A stretch of 63,076 nucleotides of DNA, the filler included, from Octopus bimaculoides (Eukaryota), in NCBI RefSeq assembly GCF_001194135.2. It is 5 parts of 3 records of this genome, joined end to end, with 100 filler letters (N's around TTAATTAATTAA, not from the genome) between each part and the next. Parts side by side here need not be neighbours in the genome. Positions count along the whole stretch, not along the records: positions 20,283 to 27,301 come from NC_068981.1; positions 27,402 to 51,505 come from NC_068981.1; 3 more parts are not named here. One strand, written 5' to 3'. Made by a program: the position numbers and the translations under genes. Shown here piece after piece: positions 25,957 through 37,715 of the stretch (the first letter of the stretch is position 1; each line of letters opens with the position of its first letter). Below the pieces are notes generated by a model that was not told the origin of the DNA, did no database searches, and saw only the letters and a list, made by a program, of their open reading frames with translations.

Positions 25957-26300
25957 GCTGGCATGAATGTGCAGTTAAGAAATTGGCCTTGCAACCATGC
26001 GGTTTAAGGTTCAGTCCCATTGCGTTGCCCCATGGACAAGTGTCGTTTACTATAGCTTCAAGCTGAGCAATTCTATGTGAGTAAATCTCACAGACAAAAA
26101 TTGCGTGGAAAACAGTCGTGTGTGTGTGTGTGTGAGTAAGTGAGTGTATGTGTATGTGTGTGAGTGTGCGTTTCTGTATGTGTCTGTCCACTCCACTGCT
26201 TGACAACCAACCGGGTGTTGGTATGTTTACATCGCTGTGAATTAACGGTTCGGCAAAACAAACTACATGGAATAATACCAGACATAAAAATAAGTACTCA
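25957..26300 (+). mobile_element. Composite SINE family C (decayed)
   Basis: ggttcagtcccattgcg...ggacaagtgtcgtttactatagc, a GT tract, then gcttgacaacc...cggttcggcaaaa. Confidence 0.75.
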
Positions 26301-26511
26301 GGTCCTTTTTTTTTTTTTCTCAGCACGGTCGCATTTCAAATACTGATGCAAATAGGAGAAAAGAAGAGTAACGGTGGTAGGAAGTTAAGCTTTAACTTCA
26401 GATAAATGAAAGAATAACCTCTAAACAAGAAACGACTGCAATTTTCTTTCGCTTCTGCATCTAAAAGCATTTAGATACACAAAATTTATGCACAGACATA
26501 CAGACGTTTGT

Positions 26512-26559
<48 letters not shown>

Positions 26560-26663
26560 TGGCCGAGGTAAGTTTGGTTATGCTTTCAGATTGTGTCGAG
26601 GCATAATGTTCACTCATTCATACTTGCGCGGTTTGCTAGCGTAGTCGAATGTACTACTGGAAT

Positions 26664-26722
26664 ATCATACCGATGACGGAAATTGAAATTTATCATTCAT
26701 AATCCAGAAACGCGTCTATGAT
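26664..26722 (+). ncRNA. Type I hammerhead ribozyme-like motif (PLE-type)
   Basis: Perfect 6-bp stem I AUCAUA/UAUGAU, core CCGAUGA (U4C), stem II (C)GGA...UCC(A), GAAA, palindromic stem III ACGCGU, cleavage triplet GUC at 26714-26716. Confidence 0.75.
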
Positions 26723-27692
26723 TAACTTTAAATGGTTAGTTTTCATTGTTTTTTCTTCTTGCTTTTGCCTTTGTGAGTTACAAGTAATGCTATCTGTTGG
26801 AGTCTCAGCTTTTTTAGCTGCTATTTCTGAACTTCGGTATATGGTGAAGCAAATGCTTGCTGATCCCTTAATTATGTTTATACTTTTATATATATGTAGT
26901 CAATGTGCCAGAAGAAAAAATTTGATAGAATGTAGTGAAAGATCATTATGGATTCTTGTTTACTATAAAAGCTGTAGGTACAACAAGAAATAGAAATAAT
27001 TGAGAATATAAGGATAAGTGGGAAATACGATAACAAATATGAAGATTAAGGAAGTATTATACTTACGAAGTCCACTGTTAAAAAAACTAAAAAAAAATCT
27101 AAGAAAACTAAAAGTATCTACGCCAATTTACACCAGTAAATTCTCAGTAAAGTATGAAGAATCAACGTTAGGAGTCATTTTGGAAACCACTCCAATTAAA
27201 ACCGTACCCACATTCAACCCTTTACACACACACACACACACGCATAAATATATATGTATATATGTGTGTGTCTGTGTGTTTATATACACGTATATATATA
27301 TNNNNNNNNNNNNNNNNNNNNNNNNNNNNNNNNNNNNNNNNNNNNTTAATTAATTAANNNNNNNNNNNNNNNNNNNNNNNNNNNNNNNNNNNNNNNNNNN
27401 NTATATATATATATATATATATATATTAAAATTCTATAGAGACGGAGTTGTTCTCTGAGACAAATTCCCGCAGCGAATGTCATTGGCGTTCCAGTCTGCA
27501 GCAATACGTTAAAAGGAAATGCATACATTCGTATTATGATTCTTAATGATTTGTGCGCTTATATGTGCATATATTCTATATAAATTCATAGATGCGCACA
27601 CACACACACATATATATACGTTTTTCTCGCATGTGTGTATGTATTTATATTCGACCACTTCCACGCCATAACCGTTTACCTAATATCACTGA

Positions 27693-27932
27693 AGGCACGT
27701 GGCTTAGTTATTATGACGTTAGACTCATGAACGTAAGATTGTTGTTTCGATCTTTGGATCAGGTGACGTGTTGTGCTCTTGAGCAAAATACTTCATTTCA
27801 CGTTGCTCCAGTCTACCCAGCTAACAAAATTGTGTATTTCTGCGATGGACTGCCGTCCTGTCCCGGTAGGGAATTTAAATGGCATAGAAACCGACCTCTG
27901 TGAGTCGGCATGACTCGAGAAGTTAACTTTAC
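27693..27932 (+). mobile_element. tRNA-derived SINE with a V-domain-like core
   Basis: Head ggcacgtggcttagt...gtttcgatc, then cttgagcaaaatactt, then tgcgatggactgccgtcctgtcc, which resembles the V-SINE domain as recalled (not searched). Confidence 0.6.
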
Positions 27933-28138
27933 CTAAATCTTACTATCACACATTAGATTGTAGTAGGCCTGATGGTTTGATGTTTCATCAGAAGGCACAT
28001 TTGTTCACTGCCTGACAGTAGGCTTCAATTCCGAGACCTAAATAACTGACAGCCGTCTGCTTTCTCTCTTACTACCTTCCCAAATACAGTATTGCTTTAA
28101 TCGAACAATATGGTTGGATTGAGAACTTTCACGTATAC

Positions 28139-28311
28139 ATGTACTTGTTCTATAGATGCATGAATTTTTATCTGTCTGTCTGTCCGATGTCTGTCTGTCT
28201 GCCTGTATGTCTGTCCATATGTCTGTCCGTCTGTCTGTCCGTCTGTCCATGCGTCCGTCCGTCCATCCGTCCGTCCGTCCGTCTGTCTGTCTATCTATCT
28301 ATCTATCTATG

Positions 28312-28350
<39 letters not shown>
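28139..28350. repeat. (TCTG)n/(TCCG)n/(TCTA)n tetranucleotide microsatellite
   Basis: Read directly. Confidence 0.95.
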
Positions 28351-28760
28351 AAGTAATTATCTATACAACTATATATCCCGATACTCAATCTATCTATAGA
28401 GTAATTAACTATAAAGTAATTATCTAAATCTATACATACATAGATTGATCATCAGATTTCAAATATGATTAACTAACAGTTGAGTTCTTGACAACTGTAG
28501 TAACTCTTAGAACGCTCCAATAAGCTGGATGTTTAGAATATGGTTTTGACCAATTAAATGAAGTGTTCTTTTTTGAAATGTTTCCATAATTTTCAAATGA
28601 AAGGAACATTTTCCTTTTCTTTTCTGTCTAGAAAGTTGAAAAAATCGCAAAGACTGGAACCGGTAATAAAATGTTCTTCATGATAAAATTATTCTAGCAT
28701 TTTCAATCTTGTCTTACTTTCCTTATATTTGACTAATATTCATTTATTAGGGAATTCATT

Positions 28761-28940
28761 TCAGATGGAAGAATGGTAAAAGAATTGGGTTGAAGTGTTT
28801 CCGGTGCATTGATAGAGAGCGTAGATTTGGTATTTCGAGTTTATTTTTACGGGGCATTGGTATAGGTGTTTGCTTACGGGAATTTTCAAAGTCGTGGGGT
28901 CCTGGATTTGTTGCTTGTGCACTGTTAGACGGTCCCTCAA
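28761..28940 (-). mobile_element. Penelope-like GIY-YIG endonuclease, C-terminal half
   Basis: LRDRLTVHKQQIQDPTTLKIPVSKHLYQC...YQIYALYQ matches the PLE endonuclease pattern LRxRxTVHRQQIxDP...VSxH..C. The upstream part is lost in a gap. Confidence 0.8.
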
Positions 28941-29104
28941 NNNNNNNNNNNNNNNNNNNNNNNNNNNNNNNNNNNNNNNNNNNNNNNNNNNNNNNNNNNN
29001 NNNNNNNNNNNNNNNNNNNNNNNNNNNNNNNNNNNNNNNNNNNNNNNNNNNNNNNNNNNNNNNNNNNNNNNNNNNNNNNNNNNNNNNNNNNNNNNNNNNN
29101 NNNN

Positions 29105-29150
<46 letters not shown>

Positions 29151-29299
29151 ATGCATATAGCGTATGCTTGGTATTAGTGTTAAGAAGACCCAAAGGTGTC
29201 AGATAATGCTGAGTAAGTAAGCTCCAGGTACGATGATGATACGAATGAAGAGTCCAACGTAGGTCGTATATTAGCATGCATATATATAAAAAATAACAG

Positions 29300-29700
29300 A
29301 ATGAGATAAAAAATAAAAGGCTGTGAAAGTTTTCAGAGCATTTATGAAGAGGACGTCTTACAGCTGTTTCCGGGATATTTTATATCCCTTCATTAGAGAC
29401 GGTGCGAGAAAGTGTTTAAGTAATAGTTATTATAGTGTGGATATGAAATACAGAGTGAAGTGGAGGAAAGAAAACAGAGTGAGATACGAAAGGATGTTGT
29501 ATCTGTAGTTCCATTATTTAAGCAGAATGGTGTATATATAAGTTTCCTGTACCTTGTGTGTGAGTTCCAATGGTGTTTATAATTGGTCATTCCAAACATA
29601 GAGTCTTTTAAACGGTGTTATTCGATCGAGGTTTTTCTTTTTCTTTGAAGTGACTTAAAATTTGGGAATGAGTTTGTAAGGTCAAATCAAAAACAAGAAG
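29300..29700 (-). mobile_element. Penelope-like 3' end / pLTR remnant
   Basis: The minus strand has a YTPFCLN stretch (cf. the PLE terminal TxxPxGLN), a pyrimidine-rich tract, and then the hammerhead at 29401-29354. Confidence 0.65.
29354..29401 (-). ncRNA. Type I hammerhead ribozyme-like motif, probably inactive (G5A)
   Basis: Stem I CGUCU/AGACG, core CUAAUGA, stem II GGGAUAU-AAA-AUAUCCC (7 bp, with an A.G mismatch at its base), GAAA, palindromic stem III ACAGCUGU, GUA cleavage triplet. Confidence 0.8.
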
Positions 29701-30099
29701 AGAGAAAAAAAGGAAGAGAAGAAAAAAAGAGGGAGATAGACAATAAAGAAATGAAGAAAGAGAAGGTGAGCTAAGTAGTGGTCTGGATAAAATGGTAGAA
29801 GGAAGGGAAAGGTGGGGAAGAGAGGAAGGAAGAGATGAGAAGGTAAAAAGTAAGGGAGTGTGAGGTATGTTGTGATAGAGCCTAATGGGCAGAAAGAGGT
29901 GGGGTAAGGTAGCAAAAGTGAGGTGGAATGAAGCATTAGGAATGTAGGTTAAGTTGCTTAACAGGACAGGTTAGAGGTGAGTAGTAGAAGAACGTATATC
30001 TGTGAAAATGTATACACACGTAAGTATCCATGAATGTATATAGATATTTACATACACCAACACATATGTACGCATACAGAACTCTTGTATGTGACATGC

Positions 30100-30238
30100 A
30101 TTCATGCGTATGCATATACGTGCAGGTGTGATAATAAATATGGATACACGTATGTATGAGTTTGTATATATACATATATGTATATGTATGTGTTATATAT
30201 ATATGTATATGTGTACGTGTGTGTATGCATTCTATATG

Positions 30239-30323
<85 letters not shown>

Positions 30324-30468
30324 ATGAGTATGTATGTGTATATATATGTATATATGTACCTGTATATATGTATGTGTGTATATACGTGTGTATGTATGCA
30401 TATATGAACATGCAAGTGGGTACATGTGAATATATACGATTATAGGTATATATGTATATCTATATATA

Positions 30469-30503
<35 letters not shown>

Positions 30504-30747
30504 NNNNNNNNNNNNNNNNNNNNNNNNNNNNNNNNNNNNNNNNNNNNNNNNNNNNNNNNNNNNNNNNNNNNNNNNNNNNNNNNNNNNNNNNNNNNNNNNN
30601 NNNNNNNNNNNNNNNNNNNNNNNNNNNNNNNNNNNNNNNNNNNNNNNNNNNNNNNNNNNNNNNNNNNNNNNNNNNNNNNNNNNNNNNNNNNNNNNNNNNN
30701 NNNNNNNNNNNNNNNNNNNNNNNNNNNNNNNNNNNNNNNNNNNNNNN

Positions 30748-30820
<73 letters not shown>

Positions 30821-30870
30821 TAATAACAACAACAACAACAACAACAACAACAAAAACAATAATAATAACA
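30100..30870. repeat. (TA/TG)n microsatellite, N gap, then (AAT)n/(AAC)n tract
   Basis: Read directly. Confidence 0.95.
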
Positions 30871-31624
30871 GTCATCTCTTATAGTGGAAGTGTCTTCGGG
30901 GTGGAGATTTAAATTATGAAGCTAAAATTTTGTTGCCCAAACTACCAGTTCAGTGAGCAAGGGTATTTATTCCATCGCTTCAACGAATAAAAGCCGTCTG
31001 TGTTATTAGCGAGCGAAAAATATTGATCATATTGTTGTAAACCGCTGAAGATATTACTTTGGAAATAATACAAGCAACGCCATGTTAAGATTTCTTTCAG
31101 TTTACACCAGTTATTTTGAATTGTATAAAGATACACTTCCGACATGTAGTATATCAAAATACTAGAAAAGGCTTTAAATTAGCCTTGTAAACCCGCAACT
31201 TCTATTAGATATTCACAACCAAACGGAAAGAACAATTGTAGACCGTAGATCATGTATTATTATACAGGTGCAAAGAAGTAGCATGCCTCATAATAGTGCT
31301 TGTAGTTCTCTGTGATACCAAACATCGAAGGCAAGGAGGCGGTAAAAATATCTAAGTATGCTGATTGAAAAATCATGAATCTGTGAATGTCCAGTTAGTA
31401 AAGTGAAAATTATACCAATTAGCGCCAGAGAAAATTATACCAATTATCGCCACTGTAACGAGTGGGCAAAAGGACAGCCGTACAAACACTCTGAGGAAGA
31501 AAGACCTCGTCTTTTTTTTAAAGATACTTTCTCTGAAAGATCTTTTAAGCTTTAATATATAACACATACACAAGCGTATTTTATATCTATTTTATGACGA
31601 TAACAGCAGCATCAATAACAACAA

Positions 31625-31840
31625 TATTAATTCTTTCGAATTTTGGCACAAGGCCAAGTATTTAATAGGGAGAGTATACGTTAATTACATCGACCCAAAT
31701 ACACATCTACTACATATTTATCACCCCTGAAAGCATGAAAGATAAAGTAGCCCTGGGTGGAATTTGAACACAGAACTTAAAATAGACGGAAGAAATGATA
31801 CTAAGTATATTGCCCGCCAAGCTAAAGATTCTGCCTGCTC
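31625..31840 (-). mobile_element. SINE family B (decayed)
   Basis: ttttggcacaaggcc tail, ttacatcgaccc, ggaatttgaacacagaac. Confidence 0.7.
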
Positions 31841-31987
31841 ATACTTTAACAAAAATAACAAGAACAACAATAATGGCTTCAAATTTTGGAACAGAACAAG
31901 TTTTCTGACAATTATGTGGACGTCGATATTTGACAGGTAGTTATCTTATCGATGGATGAACGGCAAAGTTAACCTATTATTATTGTC

Positions 31988-32186
31988 AAGGCGGTGAGCT
32001 AGCAGAATTGTTAGCGCGCCGGGCAAAATGCTTAGCAGTATTTTGTCCATCTGCATGTTCTGATTTCAAATTCTGCCGCGGTCGATTTTAGCTTTCATCC
32101 TTTCGGGGTCGATAAATTAAGTACCAGCTGAATACTGGGGTGGATGTAATCGACTTATCTCCTCCCCCAAATTTCAGGCCTATTAG
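31988..32186 (+). mobile_element. SINE family B
   Basis: ggcggtgagctagcagaattgttagc head; ctttcatcctttcggggtcgataaattaagtaccag central domain (from memory, similar to the Meta/MESC SINE domain). Confidence 0.88.
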
Positions 32187-34226
32187 TACGACCTGAAGTC
32201 GTTCGGAGAACAAATACATAGCAATTCCCAACAGAAGAAAACCGGTAAAAATTCGCGTCGAAAACAAATGCTACAAGTGTTAGTGCGATAGCTAAACAAA
32301 TACTGTTGTAAACGGAAAATGACCTGAAGTTTCGTGCTCACTCCTTTTATCAAAGAAGATAGCGAGTCAGAGACTAAGGGAATATTTTTCACATCGTCTC
32401 CACATCTATTTTTTAAAAAAATGGAACAACGTGTCTGTTTATGAATACCTTTTGTTTTCTAAAATAGAATACATTGGAGAGCATCTTTTAATTTCAGCAA
32501 TTAAGTGATAATTTCGTACTTATTTTCTTCTTATTTAGAACTTATCAACTGGACGTAGATTAGCCGTTAATGCAGATCTTACAATAATTTAAAACGACAT
32601 AAGATTTTAGTAAGTGAACAGTATGTGGAGTTATAATTTATAAACTTTTCTAGTGAGTGGAGATACCTGAGAACGCTGCCCTCATTGGAAAAGCGTGAAA
32701 ATGCTGTTAACATAGTATAGTATATCTTGCACTCATTGGTTTGCAATTTCTATAGCGAATATTATCAAACACGGTCTATTCAGTTCATTTATTTATATGT
32801 GATTTCATTCACCAATAACTTATAATATATTTAAGCCTTTCACAACGGGAGATTCGCCCCTACACCGAATATGCTTACTTCTGTATCGATGTGTTTAATG
32901 AACCACATATCATATGATTGACAAATACTGTCACGTTTAGACATGTCATATGCTGGTGGCAAACGAGACAACCGATGTCTTAAACCGTTGGTGCATTTGC
33001 TTAGTGTATTATTAAAAATGAATTAAGTTAGTATTCACCTACGTGATAATCATTATATAATCTTTCTCAACCATAAGCAAATTTTGTTTCAACGTGTCAA
33101 TATAATCAAATACGGATGACTAAAAATATTCAGAAACCTTCATTTAATTATTAACATATATTAAATATTTGCATTGCAAGATAATTATCGATGGATGCAT
33201 TCTAGTATAAAATCTGTTAACATCAATTTTATAGGTCATTTCACACTCGGTACAATATAGGAATATATATGTTCTGCTTATTTCGTCTTATTAATTGATT
33301 ATAATATTACAGAAAACATTTCCTGGAAAAATCTAAGACATTATAAATACTCTAAAATCGATATATTACTGCAGTTAGTGATACAAACTACAATAACGTG
33401 TGTATTTTGTTACTACTGCATTTAAAAGCTGAGTAACAATAGCTAAGGTTAACCGTCTAATACTTCGTTGTATATGGCTTATATTAATTCCATTCACTTA
33501 ATGAGGCAATGCATTTAATATTTCATACAGCTATTAAAATCTATATATATTCATGATAGGGCATAGGAAACATTAATTAATAGCCTGTCGCGACAAGAAC
33601 TGCATGGCCAACAACCTCTGCTCCCAACAGTCTAATCACTCGGTCCACCCATCTGTCAGTAAGTGCAGCAGCTTTGCATAATATGTCCTGTAATATGAGA
33701 AACAGATTTCTGTAGTTGAAGTGCATTTCGCTAGTTTAAAATATCTTCTACAGTTTCTTTCCGGGGAAATTTCATTTGATCGTCTTATCCACTGGACGAA
33801 AGCATAAACTGGTTCGCATATTTTATACAATTTTCGTTTTCGAAACATTACTTTTTAATTTCAAAATAAAAGCTATGTCTCAACATACAGATGAAGAAGA
33901 TAATGTCATACGTCGTTTATTTTTTGGTTCTTCATTTCATATAGCTATTATTAATATATCATCGTTGTGAGAAGAACTGGAATGCTATAACTAAATAGGA
34001 ATTTGATACATTAATGTGCAAAGCTAAAAACTACCAAATGGATATTGAGGAGACATGAGCTTCAACATTTAACGTGGATAAGAATTGTGACTAAAAGTCA
34101 TAGTACGTGGCACAATATACCAGGATTACAAAGTCTGAGATCTCATCTACTAGTTTACACACAGACACAGACACATACACACACACATATAGAAAGATAG
34201 GTAGATAGATAGATAGATAGATAGAC

Positions 34227-34273
<47 letters not shown>

Positions 34274-34557
34274 CAGATAGATTTTAGTGATAGACTGATT
34301 GATTGATTGATTGGTTGATTGATTGATTGATTGTTTGAGAGATTTAGTCAGCGACACAACCAGTATCTCGATCTATATATGCATTTCTGTAGGGAAGACT
34401 TATATTATGATCTGGGTACCATTGACTGGAATCTACTCCTGTATAGGAGACAGCGTACATACGAATGGTAACGCAAAGCAAGGGAGTGTGTTCGTTTGGT
34501 TACATCATCGTAAGCGCATTTTATTAACATAGAATCAATGTCATTTGTATCCTTTAT

Positions 34558-34760
34558 CTTTCACTTGTTTCAGTCATTAAACTGCAGCCAAGCTGGAGCA
34601 CCTGGCTGAAGAATTTTAGTCGAACGAATCGACCTCGGTACTTATTTTTTGTAAAGACTGGTACTAATTATATCATACTCGTTTGCCGAACCGTGAAGGT
34701 ATGAAGACGTAATCACACCAAGAGTTGGTTGGGTCAAACACAAACAGGAAGACACACACA
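34558..34760 (-). mobile_element. SINE family C, 3' domain
   Basis: ttcacttgtttcagtcatt...gctggagcacc...tcgacctcggtacttattt...gccgaaccg. Confidence 0.8.
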
Positions 34761-34810
34761 CACACACACACACACATACACACACACACACACATACACA
34801 CACACACACC

Positions 34811-34848
<38 letters not shown>

Positions 34849-34850
34849 AA

Positions 34851-35647
34851 GATAAATTAATTATATAGATATTCTGTTGACAACCCAATAATTTATTTAT
34901 ATTACAATATTACATTAATTGTTTTGAATATAATATATAACATTAACATAATATTATATAAATAATTATAAAAAACCGTAAAATGCCGACGAATTGTTTC
35001 GACTTCTATATATTTTTTCTGATATACATAATCACAGTTCTATTACATATATAGTCACTTCAGGGTCCTTGGTTCAGAAAGACAAAATTCCATGTGAAAG
35101 TACGGCTGGATTGTAAAAATTAATTCAAATGTCAGTGTTACGAGCGTAGAAGACTTAGATACTTAATTATATACATTTATATACACATATACATTATTGT
35201 TGTATGTTGTGGTGACACCAAAAGGTTTCAAATTGGTGTGTGTTTGAGATATAATGAAGTGAATTTCGATGGCTGTGGATTGCACTTACTTGATTGTAAC
35301 GTGCGTTAAAGTGATTTTGTTGTTTTTTTTTTAACTGTAATTGATGTAAGATTGAATAGATAACGCTCACGGACATTTGAAGTAATTTTTACAATCCAGC
35401 CCACATTTCACACGGAATTTCGTGTTTCTGAACGAAGGATCCTGAAGTGATTATATATATAATGGAACTGTGATTATGTATATCACAGAAAACATAAATA
35501 AGTCGAAACAATTTGTTGGCCTGTTATGGGTTTCACAATTACTTATATAATATTATGTTATATATTATATTCATAGCACTTAATGCATTATTGTAATGTA
35601 AATAAATTATTGGATAGTCAATAGAATATCTATATATTTAATTTATC
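34851..35647 (-). mobile_element. 5'-truncated Penelope-like copy with inverted pLTR (arms ~290 bp, spacer 215 bp)
   Basis: Arms 34851-35147 and 35363-35647 are diverged reverse complements, each with CTGAAGT-GA(C/T)...GTC-GAAAC-AATT(C/T)-GT. The spacer on the minus strand encodes IEIHFIISQTHTNLKPFG, like a PLE endonuclease C-terminus. Confidence 0.65.
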
Positions 35648-35744
35648 GTTATTATTGAATTATACAAATATCTATATGGCATCCAACTGAAGTACCAGTG
35701 AATTGGATGTTTAACGCACCCATTTCAAGGATTTCAACGGTTTG

Positions 35745-35750
35745 TTACTT

Positions 35751-35819
<69 letters not shown>

Positions 35820-36073
35820 CATATTTACATATATATATACATACATATTTACATATATATATATACACGCACACATATATATATATAGACATACATATTT
35901 CACATATATATACATATATACATATATATACATATACATATATATATATATATACATATATACATATACATATACACATATATAGATATATACAGATATA
36001 TATATATATATATATACATACATACACATATATACACATAAACATAAATACACATATGTATATAGATACATAC

Positions 36074-36104
<31 letters not shown>

Positions 36105-36123
36105 TACACACTCACTTACATAC

Positions 36124-36180
<57 letters not shown>
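35745..36180. repeat. (TA)n/(TACA)n/(CA)n microsatellite
   Basis: Read directly. Confidence 0.95.
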
Positions 36181-36184
<4 letters not shown>

Positions 36185-36345
36185 CGGCAGGAGGCTTCTT
36201 TCAATTTCCGTCTACCAAACCTCCTCACATCATTTCGTTCAGCCCGTGGTTGTAGCGGAAAACATTTTCCGAAGTTGCCTTGAAATGAGACTGAACACGG
36301 AACCATGTGATTTGGAAGCAAAATTGTTATCACACATCGACGCAT
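36180..36345 (-). mobile_element. SINE family C, head part
   Basis: ggcttctttcaatttccgtctaccaaac...gactgaacacggaaccatgtgatttggaagcaaa. Confidence 0.75.
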
Positions 36346-36547
36346 GCGCCTGTATAAGGAAAGATCCTCAATATGGTTGCATTATCAAATATTCTGTGAT
36401 TGTGTAACTCTCGATAGTAATCTTCCTTATTCAGACATGGCAGATGACAGCATTTCAAGCAATGCACATGCGTCTCGTCGAATTATTAATTTAATTCATA
36501 GCCGTAATGCTGAATCTCATTATTACATTAAAAATATTTGTTCAAAT

Positions 36548-36735
36548 GTTTTAACCGACAAAGGGATTAAGTCGATTATATCAACCTCAGTTCCTAACTG
36601 GTACTTAATTTATCGACCCCGAAAGGATGAAAGGCAAAGTCAACCTCGGCGGAATTTGAACTCAGAACGTAAAGTCAGACGAAATACCGCTAAGCATTTC
36701 GTCCGGCATGCTAACGTTTCTGCCAGATCGCCATA
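36548..36735 (-). mobile_element. SINE family B
   Basis: ctggtacttaatttatcgaccccgaaaggatgaaaggcaaagtcaacctcggcggaatttgaactcagaac. Confidence 0.9.
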
Positions 36736-36939
36736 GTTTCCTGATACATTATTTAACACATTCACGCACATGCACATCAGGAAAATGCAATTCCTGTATA
36801 TTTGAAATAATTATATACTTCGCAAATTACCGTAAAGTCTGCTCTTTGCAGCATATCATGTATCGAATTGCAATGCCCACTTGTTCGATTAGTGTAGGTG
36901 CTTTGGAAAACTAATCTTATGAACCAGACAGTTGAAATA

Positions 36940-37160
36940 TTGGCTTCAAAGTCTGGCACAGGACGAGCAGTTTTAGAGGAGAATTAAATCGGTTACATCG
37001 ACCCCAATATTCAACTGATATTTATTTTATCGATCCCGAAAGGATGAAAGGAAAAATCATCGACCTCGGTGGAGTTTGAAGTCAGAACATGGAGACAGGC
37101 GAAATGCTGCTAAGTATTATTCCCAGAGTGCTAACGATTATGCCATCTCACCGCTTTAGA
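36940..37160 (-). mobile_element. SINE family B
   Basis: ttacatcgacccc...tttatcgatcccgaaaggatgaaagg...tcgacctcggtggagtttgaagtcagaac. Confidence 0.82.
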
Positions 37161-37673
37161 TCACTGAAATATTAAAACTTAATTTTATTAAATGTGTTAC
37201 AAGTCTTTCGTCTAGTAAAATCTAGCCAGACATTTAATATTTATAGACGATGATGCTTCTTTATATTCTCGTGTTTTCTGGCTGCATATTTGAATTTGTT
37301 ACCGCTACAGTTCATTTTATTACGGATGTAGATGGCATAGGCACTAACAAGGGGAAACTTGATTTGAAAAGAAAAATAATAGCAAATCCATATTAAAAGA
37401 TATTTAGTGTTCATTGAAATTAATAACGGTTGTCAAACAAGCCAGTGTCTGGAAATTGGATAACCTACGGCGCATATATCTCTATAGCTTCTAGACATTA
37501 TTTTGTCTGTGGGTCAGTGAGATTAAACAAATACTAACTTGCTAAAATAATTCGAGTGACTGACTGGCTTTTCGTTATCTATATTGTTTCTCAAAGTACC
37601 ACAATATTCGTTGTTCAGCATAATAGAATGTGTGTGTGTGCATTTGTGTTTGTATATGTACGTATGCGTGTCT

Positions 37674-37715
<42 letters not shown>

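Noticed and set aside
28640-28680. GGAACCGGTA palindrome resembling a hammerhead stem III
   Set aside because: No CUGANGA-like core or stem I pairing could be built.
30942-31157. ORF containing GFYSLKRWNKY, a neuropeptide-like dibasic site
   Set aside because: No signal peptide, repeats or amidation motif.
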